NCBI RefSeq assembly: GCF_035084215.1
Contig: NC_090325.1
Span: 121,954,001-122,018,000 of the forward strand
Reading direction: 5' to 3'
Length of the DNA stretch: 64,000 nucleotides
From: Heptranchias perlo
Taxonomy: Eukaryota
In this document: positions 49,131 through 62,501 of the stretch, in pieces
Layout of the letters: each line of letters begins with the position of its first letter
Numbering within the stretch: the first letter of the stretch is position 1
Notes under the pieces: generated by a model
Seen by the model: only the letters and a program-made list of their open reading frames with translations
Told to the model about the DNA's origin: nothing
The model's database searches: none
Position numbers and translations under genes: made by a program

Positions 49131-49779
49131 GAAGAGCCTTTACGAATGTGATGGGCGGCACATTTTGATGCAGAGTGAGCACGCACACACCACCGCTACA
49201 TTGGTTTTATGTTGGTAGAACATACAGCTGAGAGTGGAAAATCCAGGCTAAATTTCATAACTTGGCTCAGACACTGGTATAAACCCCAGATGCATCTTGA
49301 ACAGATTTCGGTTTCATTTTCGAGGCTTGAAAGGTGCTGTAGTGACTCATCCGTTTGCAGTTTGTACAGTGGTTAAGAGAATTCCAGAGCAAACTTCATT
49401 CAGCCAGCAGCCTGTCTTGGTGAATTTGTGCAAATTCCAGGAAATCACTTTGCTCTAACCCTTAGTGACACTTGTTTCAGAATTTTTACCTCACCAGTTA
49501 AATGGAAGGGAAAGGTGTTTAACATTAGGAACATAAGAAAATAGAAAAGTAGCTGACTGAAAAAGACTGATAAGAAAAAGGGAACTTGCCTTTGGGTTCA
49601 GTGGAAGATCAGTCGAAACCCTATTTATGAGTGTATCCGGGGTTTTTGCCGATCTTCCACTAAAATTATGGGGGTTGACCGGAAGAACAATGCGGAAATT
49701 CCCAGCATATGCACTCCATCTAGCCAATCCTAAAATTAATCCCTCTTATTTACACACTCCATCAAATTCAAATCACTCG

Positions 49780-50082
49780 ACAGCACCTCCAAAACCTGCG
49801 ACCTCCACCACCTAGAAGGACAAGGGCAGCAGGTGCATGAGAACACCAGTACCTCCAAGTTCCCCTCCAAGTCACACACCATCCTGACTTGGACATATAT
49901 CACTGTTCCTTCTTCATTGCTGGGTCAAAAAGCTGGAACTCCCTACCTAACAGCACTGTGGGAGTACCTTCACCACACGGACTGCAGAGGTTCAAGAAGA
50001 CGGCTCACCACCTCCTTCTCAAGGGCAACTGGAATTCTGGCCTTGCTAGTGATGCCATATCCTGGGAATGAATTAAAAAAAT
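49780..50082 (+). mobile_element. HER1-like LINE 3' fragment
   Basis: SFFIAGSKSWNSLPNSTVGVPSPHGLQRFKK; reverse complement of ~50620-50930. Confidence 0.8.
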
Positions 50083-50291
50083 ATTAATTTCTAAGTTACT
50101 TGAAGAAGGAGGTGCAGCAACCTCTCCTGGATGCTAGGGAAAGACACCACTGTAGGAGGAGAAAAACACATCCTGGCTGTTACCCTGTCTTCTGCATTTA
50201 TTGCCCTGACCATTGTTTCTGTACCTTTCTGAGCAGCATTCAGGCGGTTAATTCAATAGGGAAGTAATCACGGATTTATGTCACCTTAAGT

Positions 50292-53200
50292 TACATCGAA
50301 ATTACAGCACACAAACAGGTCATTCGGACCAATTGGTCTATGCTGGTGATTATGCTCCATAGTAGCCTCCTCCCTCCCTACTTCATCTAACCCGATCAGC
50401 ATATCCTTTTATTCCTTTCTCCATCAGGTTCTTATCTAGCTTCTCCTCAAATGTTTCTATGCTATTTGCCTCAACTACTTCTTGTGGTAGTGTGTTCCCC
50501 ATTCTTACCATTTTTTGGGTAAAGAAGTTTCTCCTGAATTCCCTATGGGATTTATTACGGATATTGATGGCCTTTAGTTTTGGACTCCCCCACAAGTGGA
50601 AACATTTTCTCCACGACTTTTCATGGGATGTGGGCATCGCTGGCAAGGCCAGCATTTATTGCCCATCCCTAATTGCCCATGAGAAAGTGGTGGTGAGCCG
50701 CCTTCTTGAACTGTTGCAGTCCGTGTGGTGAAGGTTCTCCCACAGTACTGTTAGGTAGGGAGTTCCAGGATTTTGACCCAGCGATGATGAAGGAACGGCG
50801 ATATATTTCCAAGTCGGGATGGTGTGTGACTTGGAGGGGAACGTGCAGGTGGTGTTGTTCCCATGTGCCTGCTGCCCTTGTCCTTCTAGGTGGTAGAGGT
50901 CGTGGGTTTGGGAGGTGCTGTCGAAGAAACCTTAGCAAGTTGCTGCAATGCATCCTGTAGATGGTACACACTGCAGCCACGGTGCGCCAGTGATGAAGGG
51001 AGTGAATGTTTAGGGTGTTGGATGGGGTGCCAATCAAGCGGGCTGCCTTTGTCCTGGATGGTGTCGAGCTTCTTGAGTGTTGTTGGAACTGCGCTCATCC
51101 AGGAAAGTGGAGATTATTCCATCACACTCCTGACTTGTGCCTTGTAGATGGTGGAAAGGCTTTGGGGAGTGAGGAGGTGAGGCACTCGCCGCAGAATACC
51201 CAGCCTCTGACCTGCTCTTGTAGCCACAGTATTTATGTGGCTGGTCCAGGTAAGTTTCTGGTCAATGATGACCCCCCAGGATGTTGATGGTGGGGGATTT
51301 GGCGATGGTAATGCCGTTGAATGTCAAGGGGAGGTGGTTAGACTCTCTCTTGTTGGAGATGGTCATTGCCTGGCACTTGTCTGGCGCAAATGTTACTTGC
51401 CACTTATGAGCCCAAGCCTGGATGTTGTCCAGGTCTTGCTGCATGCGGGCTCGGACTGCTTCATTATCAGAGGGGTTATGAATGGAACGGAACACTGTGC
51501 AATCATCAGCAAACATCCCCATTTCTGACCTTACGATGGAGGGAAGGTCATTGATGAAGCAGCTGAAGATGGTTGGGCCAAGGTCACTGCCTTAAGGAAC
51601 TCCTGCAGCAACGTTCTGGGGCTGAGATGATTGGCCTCCAACAACCACTACCATATTTCTATGTGCTAGGTATGACTCCAGCCACTGGAGAGTTTTCCCC
51701 CTGATTCCCATTGACTTCAATTTTATTAGGGCTCCTTGGGGCCACACTCGGTTAAATGCTGCCTTGATGTCAAGGGCACTCACTCTCATCTCACCTCTGG
51801 AATCCATGTTTCGACCAAGGCTGTAATGAGGTCTGGAGCCGAGTGGTCCTGGCGGAACCCAAATGGAACATCGGTGAGCAGGCTATTGGTGAGCAAGTGC
51901 CGCTTGATGGCACTGTCGACGACACCTTCCATCACTTTGCTGATGATTGAGAGTAGACTGATGGGGCGGTATTTGGCCGGATTGGATTTGTCCTGCTTTT
52001 TGTGGACAGGACATGCCTGGGCAATTTTTCACATTGTCGGGTAGATGCCAGTGTTGTAGCTGTACTGGAACAATTTGGCTAGAGGTGCGGCGAGTTCTGG
52101 AGTACAAGTCGTCAGCACTACAGCTAGGATGTTGTCGGGGCCCATAGCCTTTGTTGTATCCAGTGCACTCAGCCGTTTCTTGATATCACGTGGAGTGAAT
52201 TGAATTGGCTGAAGACTGGCTTCTGTGATGGTGGGAATCTTGGGAGGAGGCCGAGATGGATCATCCACTCGGCACTTCTGGCTGAAGATGGTTGCAAACG
52301 CTTCAGCCTTCTCTTTTGCACTTACGTGCTGGACTCTGCCATCATTAAGGATGGGGATGTTCACAGAGCCTCCTCCTCCCGTTAGTTGTTTAATTGTCCA
52401 CCATCATTCACGACTGGATGTGACAGGACTGCAGAGCTTTGATCTGATCCATTGGTTGTGGAATCGCTTAGGTCTCTCTATAGCATGTTGCTTCCGTTGT
52501 TTAGCATTCATGTAGTCCTGTGTTGTAGCTTCACCAGGTTGGCACCTCATTTTTAGGTATGCCTGGTGCTGCTCCTGGCATGCTGTTCTACCAGCCTCAT
52601 TGAACCAGGGTTGACTCCCTGGCTTGTTGGTAATGGTAGAGTGAGGAATATGCCGGGCCATGAGGTTACAGATTGTGCTGGAATACAATTCTGCTGCTGC
52701 TGATGGCCCACAGCGCCTCATGGATGCCCAGTTTTGTGCTGCTAGTTCTGTTCTGAATCTATCCCATTTAGCACGGTGGTAGTGCCACACAACACATTGG
52801 ATGGTGTCCTCAGTGTGAAGACGGGACTTCGACTACTCTATCAGACCCTTTCATTACCTTAAAGACCTCTATCAGATCACCCCTCAGCTCTCCTTCTGTT
52901 TAATCTTTCCTGATAAGTATATCCTCTCAGTTCTGGTATCATTGTCGTGAATCTACTTTGCACCCTCTCCAAAGCCTCTATATTCTTTTTATAATATGGA
53001 GACTAGAACCATTCACAATACTCCAAGTGTGGTCTAACCAAGGTTCTATACAAGTTTAACATAACTTCTCTGCTTTTCAATTCTGTCCCTCTAGAAATGA
53101 ACCCCAGTGCTTGGTTTGCCTTTTTTATGGCCTTATTAACCTGCATCACCACTTGTAGTGATTTGTGTATCTGTATCCATAGATCCCTTTGCTGCTCTAT

Positions 53201-54650
53201 CCCATTTAGCGTCTTATTATTCAAGCAGTATGTTCATATTCTTCCTGCCAAAATACACCACCTCACACTTATCTATATTGAAATTCATTTGCCAATTACA
53301 TGCCCAATCTGCAAGTTTATTTATGTCTTCTTGCATTTTGATGCATTCTTCTTTTGTATTTACTGTACCTACCAATTTGGTGTCGTCCTCAAATTTTGAA
53401 ATTTTACTTCCGATACCGGAGTACAAATTGTTTATGTAAATTGTGAACAACAGTGGTCCTAGCACTGATCCCTGTGGAACACCACTTCCCACATTTGGCC
53501 AGTCTGAGTAGCTACCCTTAATCCCTACTTTCTGTTTTCTGTTTTGTAGCCAACTTGCTATCCATTCTGCTACGTAGCCCCTGACTGGACATGCTCTGAC
53601 CTTTGTCATGAGTTTAGAATGCGGTACCTTATCGAAGGCCTTTTGAAAATCCAAATATATTAAATCTACTGCATTACCCCTGGCTACTGTTTCTGTTACT
53701 TCTTCAAAGAATTCAATAAGGTTGGTCAGACTTTCCCTTCTGAAATCTATGTTGACTATTCTTTATTATATTTTCATTCTCTAGATGTCTTTCTGTTACA
53801 TCTTTGAGTAAAGATTCTATTATCTTTCCTACCACCGATGTTAAGCTAACTGGTCTATGTTTCCCTGGACTTGTTTTAGCTTACTTTTTAAATATGAGAC
53901 CAGCAATAGCTGCCCGCCAGTCCTCTGGCACTATTCCCTTTTCTAATGAATTTTTATATATATGTAATAGTGCTTCTGCTATCTCCTCCCTAACTTTTAA
54001 TATTCGCGGCTGCAAACCATCTGGACCAAGGGTTTATCCTATCTAAGTTTGATTAGTTTATCACTTATTTCTCCTCTTTCATGGTTCCTCTTTGCTTTCA
54101 TAATTGATCTTATGGCTTGTTTCCTAACCTTTTCATATTCCCTTTTGTCATCCTTTCCTTTATTGTCTATTTACTTAGAGTATGCCCTTTTCTTTAGTTT
54201 CAATTTTATCCTTATCTCTTTATTCATCCATTGTGTTTCATTGTTGGCTAATCTGTTCTTGCTTTTTAAGAGGAATATATTTCTCCTTACTCTATTGATC
54301 ATTGTTTTAAATATTTCCCACTGCTGTTCTATCTCTTTGACTGTCAACATTTTTTTCCAGTTTACCTTCTCTAGTTTCACTCTCATCCCCTCAGAATTAG
54401 CTTTTTTCCAATCTATTAATTTGGTCTTTGTCTTACTCAGTCATTATTTTGAACCTTATTATATTATGATTACTATTGCCTAGATATTCTCCTACGCTTA
54501 CTTCTCTTATATGCTCTGGTTCATTTCCCATTACTAGATCCAGCAATGATTCCTCTCTTGTTGGGCTTCTCACTTACTGGGCAAGAAAGGAGTCCTGTAC
54601 ACACTGTAAAAACTCTGTTCCCTTTTCTCCTTTCCTTACCTCTTCTTGCC
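50292..54650 (-). mobile_element. CR1 LINE (RT and part of the endonuclease/linker), split by a nested LINE
   Basis: [38 protein letters not shown] and LVRPHLEYC. The 3' end lies at 50292-50618. Confidence 0.88.
50619..52829 (-). mobile_element. HER1-like LINE nested in CR1
   Basis: ALDIKAAFNRVW..GVP, MFADDCTVF, KAMGPDNI..LAAPLAKLFQ and PWFNE. Candidate TSD CGACT at 50614-50618 and 52830-52834. Confidence 0.88.
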
Positions 54651-55077
54651 AGTTTATTTGCATTTCCCTTTTACTGTTGTAAATAATGCGATGCATTAAT
54701 AAACCCATCTGCTAGGTTAGTGTGCTATAAAGATGTCTCACATGGTTGATTTTGTTCATTTACTGAAGTGATGTGAGGTCAGTTTTTAATTTCATAGTGA
54801 ATGAGAACTTGCCTATGGAAAGTGGACATTTTGCACTGGGCATGGGAAAGAAAGGATTTGAAGCGAATCTGAATCCAACAATAGTCACAGATCTTAGGGT
54901 TCACCTTTCTTCAGATCATAAAATTCTCTACAATGTTTATATTTTTATTAGGAATTTGTAGCTTGTCAGTACTTTAGTAACCTTAATAATGTCTTCTCTG
55001 ACTACCTTGGATGACTATCTGTGGTTCTCTGGATGAGAGAAGTTGAGATGTACACAAAACAGACTAGTACAAACTCT

Positions 55078-55208
55078 GACGACAGGTCATTGACCTGAAA
55101 CATTAAATTTGTTTCTCTCTCCACATATGCTGCCTGACCTGCTGAATATTTCCAGCATTGTCTGTTTTGATTTCAGATTTCCGGCATCCGCAGTATTTTG
55201 CTTTTGTT
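55078..55208 (+). mobile_element. Short Penelope-type repeat with hammerhead-like core and 14-bp TSD
   Basis: CTAGTACAAACTCT at 55064-55077 and 55209-55222. CTGACGA-C-AGGTC-ATT-GACCT-GAAA at 55076-55100. Confidence 0.8.
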
Positions 55209-55782
55209 CTAGTACAAACTCTATTTATTTGGACTAACAAATATGGACTCTGAATTGCTAAGGCTTCTAGTTATAATATTTGCAACATCAGCAGAGCCTG
55301 TGCCAAGACTCTGGCAGTGTGTTGTGTCCTGAATAAAAGTGAGTTGCATGCTTGGTACGCAAGGTCTGCCCTGTTACTCTTCAAAACCCAACATGCTGAA
55401 TAGGAGTCTTTCACTGCAGTAAGTGCTTCATAATGGGCTGGCTTTGATTAATTGTGAACAATAATATCTTTCTATCTTCCTTTGTACTGACCTGGATCAA
55501 AGGTAAAGAGAAATGTATCTGGGAGTGGAACCTTTGCTGGTCAGCCCCTTCTTGCTGAACTGCTGTATGTGCAAAAGCTAATGACAGGGTTCATATCTAT
55601 GGTAAAGCTTTGCATCAAGGACATATGGTCCAAGATACTGAGGGATTCTTAACTTGCATTGTTTGGGGAAGAACACTAAGTTAAGTGATGTATAAAAATC
55701 TAACTAAATCTGCTATTTAATCTGGCTTCTGTTAATCTTACTACTGAATGCATTTGATTCACAGTTTTCAGTCTATATCTTA

Positions 55783-56376
55783 TTTTTTTTATTCATTCAT
55801 GGGATGTGGGCATCGCTGGCGAGGCCATCATTTATTACCCATCCTTAATTGCCCTTGAGAAGGTGGTGGTGAGCCGCCTTCTTGAACCGCTGCAGTCCGT
55901 GTGGTGAAGTTTCTCCCACAGTGCTGTTAGGAAGGGAGTTCCAGGATTTTGACCCAGCGACGATGAAGGAACGGCGATATATTTCCAAGTCGGGATGGTG
56001 TGTGACTTGGAGGGGAACGTGCAGGTGGTGTTGTTCCCATGTGCCTGCTGCTCTTGTCCTTCTAGGTGGTAGAGATCGCGGGTTTGGGAGGTGCTGTCGA
56101 AGAAGTCTTGGCGAGTTGCTGCAGTGCATCCTGTGGATGGTACACACTGCAGCCACAGTGCGTCAGTGGTGAAGAGAGTGAATGTTTAGGGTGGTGGATG
56201 GGGTGCCAATCAAGCGGGCTGCTTTGTCCTGGATGGTGTCGAGCTTCTTGAGTGTTGTTGGAGCTGCACTCATCCAGGCAAGTGTAGAGTATTCCATCAC
56301 ACTCCTGACTTGTGCCTTGTCGATGGTGGAAAGGCTTTGGGGAGTCAGGAGGTGAGTCACTCACCGCAGAATACCC
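55783..56376 (-). mobile_element. HER1-like LINE 3' fragment
   Basis: KAQVRSVMEYS.LAWMSAAPTTLKKLDTIQDKAARLIG; near-identical to 50620-51200. Confidence 0.88.
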
Positions 56377-56923
56377 TATGGCCTATCACTGTGGTAATTT
56401 CTATTAATTGGAGAAATCAGTGGGTAAATGTTTGGAGACTCCATTCCTGAAGGGGATTTTCACTTGATGGGAGTGGGGAATGGATATTCAGATCTACAGG
56501 TCAGTGTGTCCAGTCCACAGTGCTTCTGATTAATTTTAATGGGCAAAAATTTGTGAACACCAGGAAAAGGGCACGTAAAACCTCTGGGTCTGAATCTCCA
56601 GTCCAGGCTCCATCAATTTACATTCCGCATCTGAGTCAGAGTCCGAACATTTGAGTGTTATTCATCACTATTTCTAGTGGGTAACTCACAGATGCAAGGA
56701 ATCATTGTTGACTGCAATTGCATATTACTTTGTGCATAAATAGCCTGAACTGTAACACAAACTACTCTAAAACATCTAAAAAACACAACCACTAGATAAC
56801 TTTATGTGAAAATTGATACCCTAAAGATGCTGTACATGTTTTATATTAATCATTGTCTAAGGTGAACCTTGAACTAAATGCCCTTTATTAGTCAGTTCAT
56901 TAAGCTTATCTACTCGAGATATA

Positions 56924-58752
56924 CAACAACTTGCATTTATCAATACCTCTAACGTAGTAAAACGTCCCAAGGCGCTTCACAGGAGGGTTAACAAACAAAA
57001 GCTGACACCGAGCCACATAAGGAGATAGGACAAGGACAAAGTCAGCATGGCTTTATGAAGGGGAAGTCATGTCTGACAAATTTGCTTGAGTTCTTTGAGG
57101 ACGTAATTTACAGGGTGGATAAAAGGGAACCAGTGGACGTAGTGTATTTAGACTTCCAGAAGGCATTCGACAAGGTGCCACATTAAAGATTATTGCTCAA
57201 GATAAAGAATCACTGGATTGGGGGTAATATTCTGGCATGGGTGGAGGATTGGTTATCTAACAGGAAGCAGAGAGTTGGGATAAATGGTTCATTCTCGGAC
57301 TGGCAACCAGTAGCCAGTGGTGTTCCGCAGGGGTCGGTGCTGGGTCCCCAACTCTTTACAATCTATATTAACAATTTGGAGGAGGGGACCGAGTGTAACA
57401 TATCAAAGTTTGCAGATGATACAAAGATGGGAGGGAAAGTGGTGAGTGAGGAGGACATAAAAAACCTACAAGGGGATATAGACAGGCTGGGTGAGTGGGC
57501 GGAGATTTGGCAGATGCAAATACAATATTGGAAAATGTGAGGTTATGCACTTTGGCAGGAAAAATCAGAGAGCAAGTTATTATCTTAATGGCGAGAAACT
57601 GGAAAGTACTGCAGTACAAAGGGATCTGGGGGTCCTAGTGCAAGAAAATCAAAAAGTTAGTATGCAGGTGCAGCAGGTGATCAAGAAGGCCAACGGAATG
57701 TTGGCTTTTATTGCTAGGGGGATAGAATATATAAACAGGGAGGTATTGCTGCAGTTATATAAGGTATTGGTGAGACCGCACCTGGAATACTACATACAGT
57801 TTTGGTCTCCATACTTAAGAAAAGACATACTTGCTCTCGAGGCAGTACAAAGAAGGGTCACTCGGTTAATCCCAGGGATGAGGGGGTGGACATATGAGGA
57901 GAGGTTGAGTAGATTGGGACTCTACTCATTGGAGTTCAGAAGAATGAGAGGCGATCTTATTGAAACATATAAGATTGTAAAGGGGCTTGATCGGGTGGAT
58001 GCGGTAAGGATGTTCCCAAGGATGGGTGAAACTAGAACTAGGGGACATAATCTTAGAATAAGAGGCTGCTCTTTCAAAACTGAGATGAGGAGAAACTTCT
58101 TCACTCAGAGGGTAGTAGGTCTGTGGAATTTTCTGCCCCAGGAAGCTGTGGAAGCTACATCATTAAATACATTTAAAACAGAAATAGACAGTTTCCGAGA
58201 AGTAAAGGGAATTAGGGGTTACGGGGAGCGGGCAGGAAATTGGACATGAATTTAGATTTGAGGTTAGGATCAGATCAGCCATGATCTTATTGAATGGCGG
58301 AGCAGGCTCGAGGGGCCGATTGGCCTTGTCCTGCTCCTATTTCTTATGTTCTTATGAGGTACTAGGACAGGTGACCAAAAGCCTGGTCAAAGAGGTAGGT
58401 TTTAAGGAGCGTCTTAAAGGAGGAGAGAGAGGTAGAGAGGTGGAGAGGTTTAGGGAGGGAATTCCAGAGCTTAGGGCCTAGGCAGCTGAAGGCACGGCCG
58501 CCAATGTTGGAGTGCTAAAAATCGGGGATAGAATTGAAGGAGTGCAGAGATCTCTGACGATTGTAGGGCTGAATGAGGTTAGTTAGATAAGGAGGGGTGA
58601 GGTCATGGAGGGATTTGAAAACAAGGATGAGAATTTTTAAATCGAGGCATTGCTTGACCGGGAGCCAATGTAGGTCAGTGAGCACAGGGGTGATGGGTGA
58701 ACAGGACTTGGTGCGAGTTAGGATATGGGCAGTAGAGTTTTGGATGAGCACA
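56924..58752 (-). mobile_element. L2-type 3' fragment interrupted by a CR1
   Basis: ITPVLTDLHWLPV.Q...KILILVFKSLH. Homologous to 43943-44350. Halves at 56924-57030 and 58357-58752. Confidence 0.78.
57032..58356 (+). mobile_element. CR1 LINE RT and 3' end
   Basis: [34 protein letters not shown] and LEFRRMRGDLIETYK, with a (TTCTTATG)2 tail. Contains a stop and a frameshift. Confidence 0.92.
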
Positions 58753-60241
58753 CAACTATTTTGGTGATGATTGAGAAAAAGTATTAAAAAAATATTCTTC
58801 ATAAGAAATCTAGTTTATTTTAATCGCTTAAATACATTTTAGTTAACAAGTACAAAAACATTTAAAGAATTCATTCACACACACAGGTCAAATGTGGAAA
58901 CTCTACACTCAATATAACTGTAACACACAGTTCTTTCATGAGACTTTTGGTCAATCGGACCCAGTCAATGAAAAATTCCTTAGTGCTTTTGTAGCAACAG
59001 ATTTTTACTGATCACTGTACAGAGGTCAGTTCTATTTACAAACGTTAGTTCTTCTTATAATATCATACATTAAGGAGCACTACCATCCAAAATGTGGGTA
59101 CTTTATACAGAATAAGACTGATTGAAACTACCATCCGAGAATGGGTGGGCATCGGCCAGATGGCAGCATAAACGGGGCGATGAGTGACCCAATGCCATTT
59201 CGGGCCACTGATGCCCCATTTACACCAGGGGTAGGGCATTAAGATTGGCCTTAATATCATTTCTACAGAGAATTTCCTTTTCACAAACTTCAGTTTTGGA
59301 TAGATTCTGAGGTGTGATGTTTTATAGAGCAAACCACAAGGTTCCCTTAAAATGTCAGTGACCAATAAACACTGCAGTAAAATGGTATCAATATTAGTGA
59401 CAGGCAATGTTATTGTATTTTAATATCTTGCCATCATTATATCATATAGGATTTCAGCAGGAAAGGAAAAATTGCACCAAATTTGGTTCGTGAATGAGTT
59501 TGAAATAACGTAACATTACAGTATATCTACAAGTAATAAAATGGAGGAATGTGTTTATATAATTGACAAAATTAATGGTCACTGCAAACCCCTCTCAGAC
59601 TATTTTAGTAGAAATAACAAAGGATAATTATTCCAATCTGGACACTTAAGGATCGTCAACCTCTCATTCTAGGCAAAACATAGAGCAGTGAGGAGGTAGT
59701 GTGTGATCAAGAAATTATACAAGTTCATTTTGAACAATATTTCTGTGGAGAATTGGGTGACATGCAATGCACGTAATAACTGGTATTTTTTGTCCCATTT
59801 TGTCCCATTTAGATTCCTTTGCAAGTACACAAATCTATTCATATTTCCTCCTGTACCTGCATCTTTTGTTGATTGGAAATGATTTTCCAAAAATTATGGA
59901 GAACTGTAAACAAATTGAATTCAGTCGCAATATAACTTGTAACAGTCTACACTTAAAAATCGTACACATCACACCCTGTGAAAGAAACCTCAGTCTTGGC
60001 ACCAAGTTTCACAACAAACCTCTGACTGTTTCCTTAGGCCTCGGCTAAACAATTACAGTGTGACAAAGTTGAAATGTGAAATCATTTTCAGAAAACAATG
60101 ACGTGAAAATACTCAAACAAACTATCGGAAGGTGACATCAGAGAGTTAACACCCTGGACAAAGCTTCCTTCATTGCAACGTTCATTGTACTTCAGGTTAT
60201 CCAGGTGTGGAGTCGAGTCCATCCCATTGCGGTTTCATTTC

Positions 60242-62273
60242 TCAGTTGTGTCGTCTGGCACCTGAAATAAAATAAATTGCATTTTTAATTGAAATCTTTC
60301 CAACTAATATTCACTTTAATATAGTGCACAATATCTTCAACAACAAAATTATGAAACATTAGTCGATCTCCTGTGGCATTGCACATGGAGAGTCAAGACA
60401 ATGTATAATCTTCAAGGCAGCAGAATGGGGGGCAGGGGATAACTGGACATGGGCGAGCAGATGTAATTCAGTATCTATTTTAACTTCATACTTTCTGTCC
60501 TTATTTTTAAAGTTCCATTATAAGTTCCTATGTCCAGATTGCTAATGGAAACCGCCTGTAATTAAACCCCCCTGCAGTTGTGGTGCTGGAGCGCTGAAGT
60601 CAAATATTTGATGTATTATAAATAGAATATGAACCTCACTTTAATACAAGGTGACTAGCATTGCTAATGGTTGTGATTTTGTTAATAATTCATTCTAATT
60701 TAATTGACCTTGCATAATAATTTTAATGTGCATGATATAGGGGAGCGGAGAGAAAGGCTCTGAATTTCCCGGGGACAGCCGTGCACTCCCAGTGTAGGTC
60801 AGTCAGGAATGCAGCACAGGGCGCAGAAAATTGTACAGGAACCAGAAACACCAGGTGCTAGCTCAGGTGATGAATTTCCCTCGGGGCCATTTTGGGATGG
60901 AAACTCCATCTGCTCCAATTACAATTCATGACTTAGGAAGGAGTGGGGCCGGGGGAGGAAATTCCTTGTGGCTGGCCTCCCTAATGCTGAGTGACCTGGT
61001 GTACAGGTCTGCTCTGCAGTGGAAGTGGTGTCCACTTGGAGGTCCAGCCCTGGGTGCTTGCCTGAGACCCTAATGAGAATTCCAGCACAACAATTGTTTT
61101 CGGTCCCGATATAAATGTGCGGAGGATTTTCAACCGTAAAAACTTTCTATCCTGGAGATTCAGGCACATTTAAACAATAATGGAGAAGCAGTAAATTATA
61201 AATCAAATTTTGAGAGCTGGCAACAGCGAATAACTCAAAAATGGCAGGATAGATGGTCTGCCTTTTGCTTAGCATCTTCTCTATTTAACATGAAAAAATA
61301 TATGCATTTAAAATCTTAATTCTAGTTTTTTTTTATTCATACGCAAATTCTGAATTCTGACAAACACCAAACACCAACCTTTTTTGGCTTTAATGATAAT
61401 CTTCACCCACTCAGCATCAGGACTCACACATATTTTGTTCCCATTTCTTTTGGTAACACTGTGAAGAGAAGGTAAACCTTTAAAATCTAATCCACAGAAA
61501 TTGGATGTCTCCCACTGAAAGGTGAGAAATTAGCAAAAGTATTAAGAGAAAATCCTTCAAATGTGCCTCATAAACAAACTGTGATTGATCCAAAATGTTT
61601 TGAATAAAGAGCACAGTTTATTAAATGGACGTCACAGAAGGAGAAATGTTAATGGTGATGTTCTGACACATTTACTCACATTATCTCTGGTGTCTCACAG
61701 TGGGATCCTTCGGGAATATATTTCAAACTCCGGATGAGCCGTGGATTGATAAAATTGGAGCTGTTCTGAGTGCACAGGCAACGACCTAGGGTTCCTGGAA
61801 CTGGAATACCTGTGAAAAGATCCATTTAACTTAGATTTAATTATCGATTGAGGTGGAGAGAATCCTGGCACTTTGTATCAGAGATGAGATATTTTAACTT
61901 ATTCTACAATGGTCCACAAGGAAATATTAAGTATCTATCCAAACTAATCATGCTGATTATATTAACCTGGAGATGACTGCCTTATATTTTTTATAAAAAT
62001 CTGCAAGGAAATCTTTTATAAACATAAAGTTCTGGGTTAAAGGGGATTAAGATTATTGAATGCAGCTCTGTTTGAGAATTCAGCATTATTCGATGCATAA
62101 CCAAACATCACACCGGGACATGTGTAGCTGGATCAGTAACTCAACAGAAAGACTCCTTTCCACAATACAGTATAATGAGAAATAAAACACAAGATTACAA
62201 AGGACAACATACCCTGTGCAGTAATGGCACACAGAATCAGGATGAGAATCGTCACAGTAGCTGCTCTGTTCAT
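60242..62273 (-). CDS. CXC chemokine gene 4 (inverted), 96 aa; exons 62273-62213, 61809-61680, 61458-61379, 60261-60242
   Basis: Reverse-strand spliced product MNRAATVTILILILCAITAQG-IPVPGTLGRCLCTQNSSNFINPRLIRSLKYIPEGSHCETPEIIVTKRNGNKICVSPDAEWVKIIIKAKKGARRHN*, with GT-AG introns. Confidence 0.95.
60756..61086. mobile_element. Probable MITE in intron 3 of gene 4
   Basis: GGCTCTGAATTTCC ... GAGAATTCCAGC ends. GC-rich and absent from intron 3 of genes 1/2. Confidence 0.4.
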
Positions 62274-62382
62274 CTTTGACTTTGAGTTGCTGAATGGATT
62301 TCTGCTGAAAGATCTTCTGTTCACCTCAGTGACTCTCTCGGTGTTGAATGAAGTTCTGTTGAAGAGAGGTCCAATGAGCTCC

Positions 62383-62501
62383 TATTTATTGAGATCCTCT
62401 ACTCTCACTTTGCATAATCTCGAGCAGAGAAAGTTGTCAAATATAGGAAGCTCCTGTGGAAGGGAATTTCCCTGTTCCCTGAGTCAGACGTTCTTTCACT
62501 T
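62383..62501 (-). promoter_or_regulatory. Proximal promoter of gene 4
   Basis: Plus-strand GGGAATTTCCC 62462-62472, TGAGTCA 62480-62486, TTTCACTT (AAGTGAAA on minus) and TTGCATAAT. Confidence 0.7.

Noticed and set aside
57491-58249. Long ORFs as host genes (also 45811-46467, 47039-47620 and 53217-53654)
   Set aside because: They are fragments of CR1 or Penelope ORFs with nearby stops and frameshifts.
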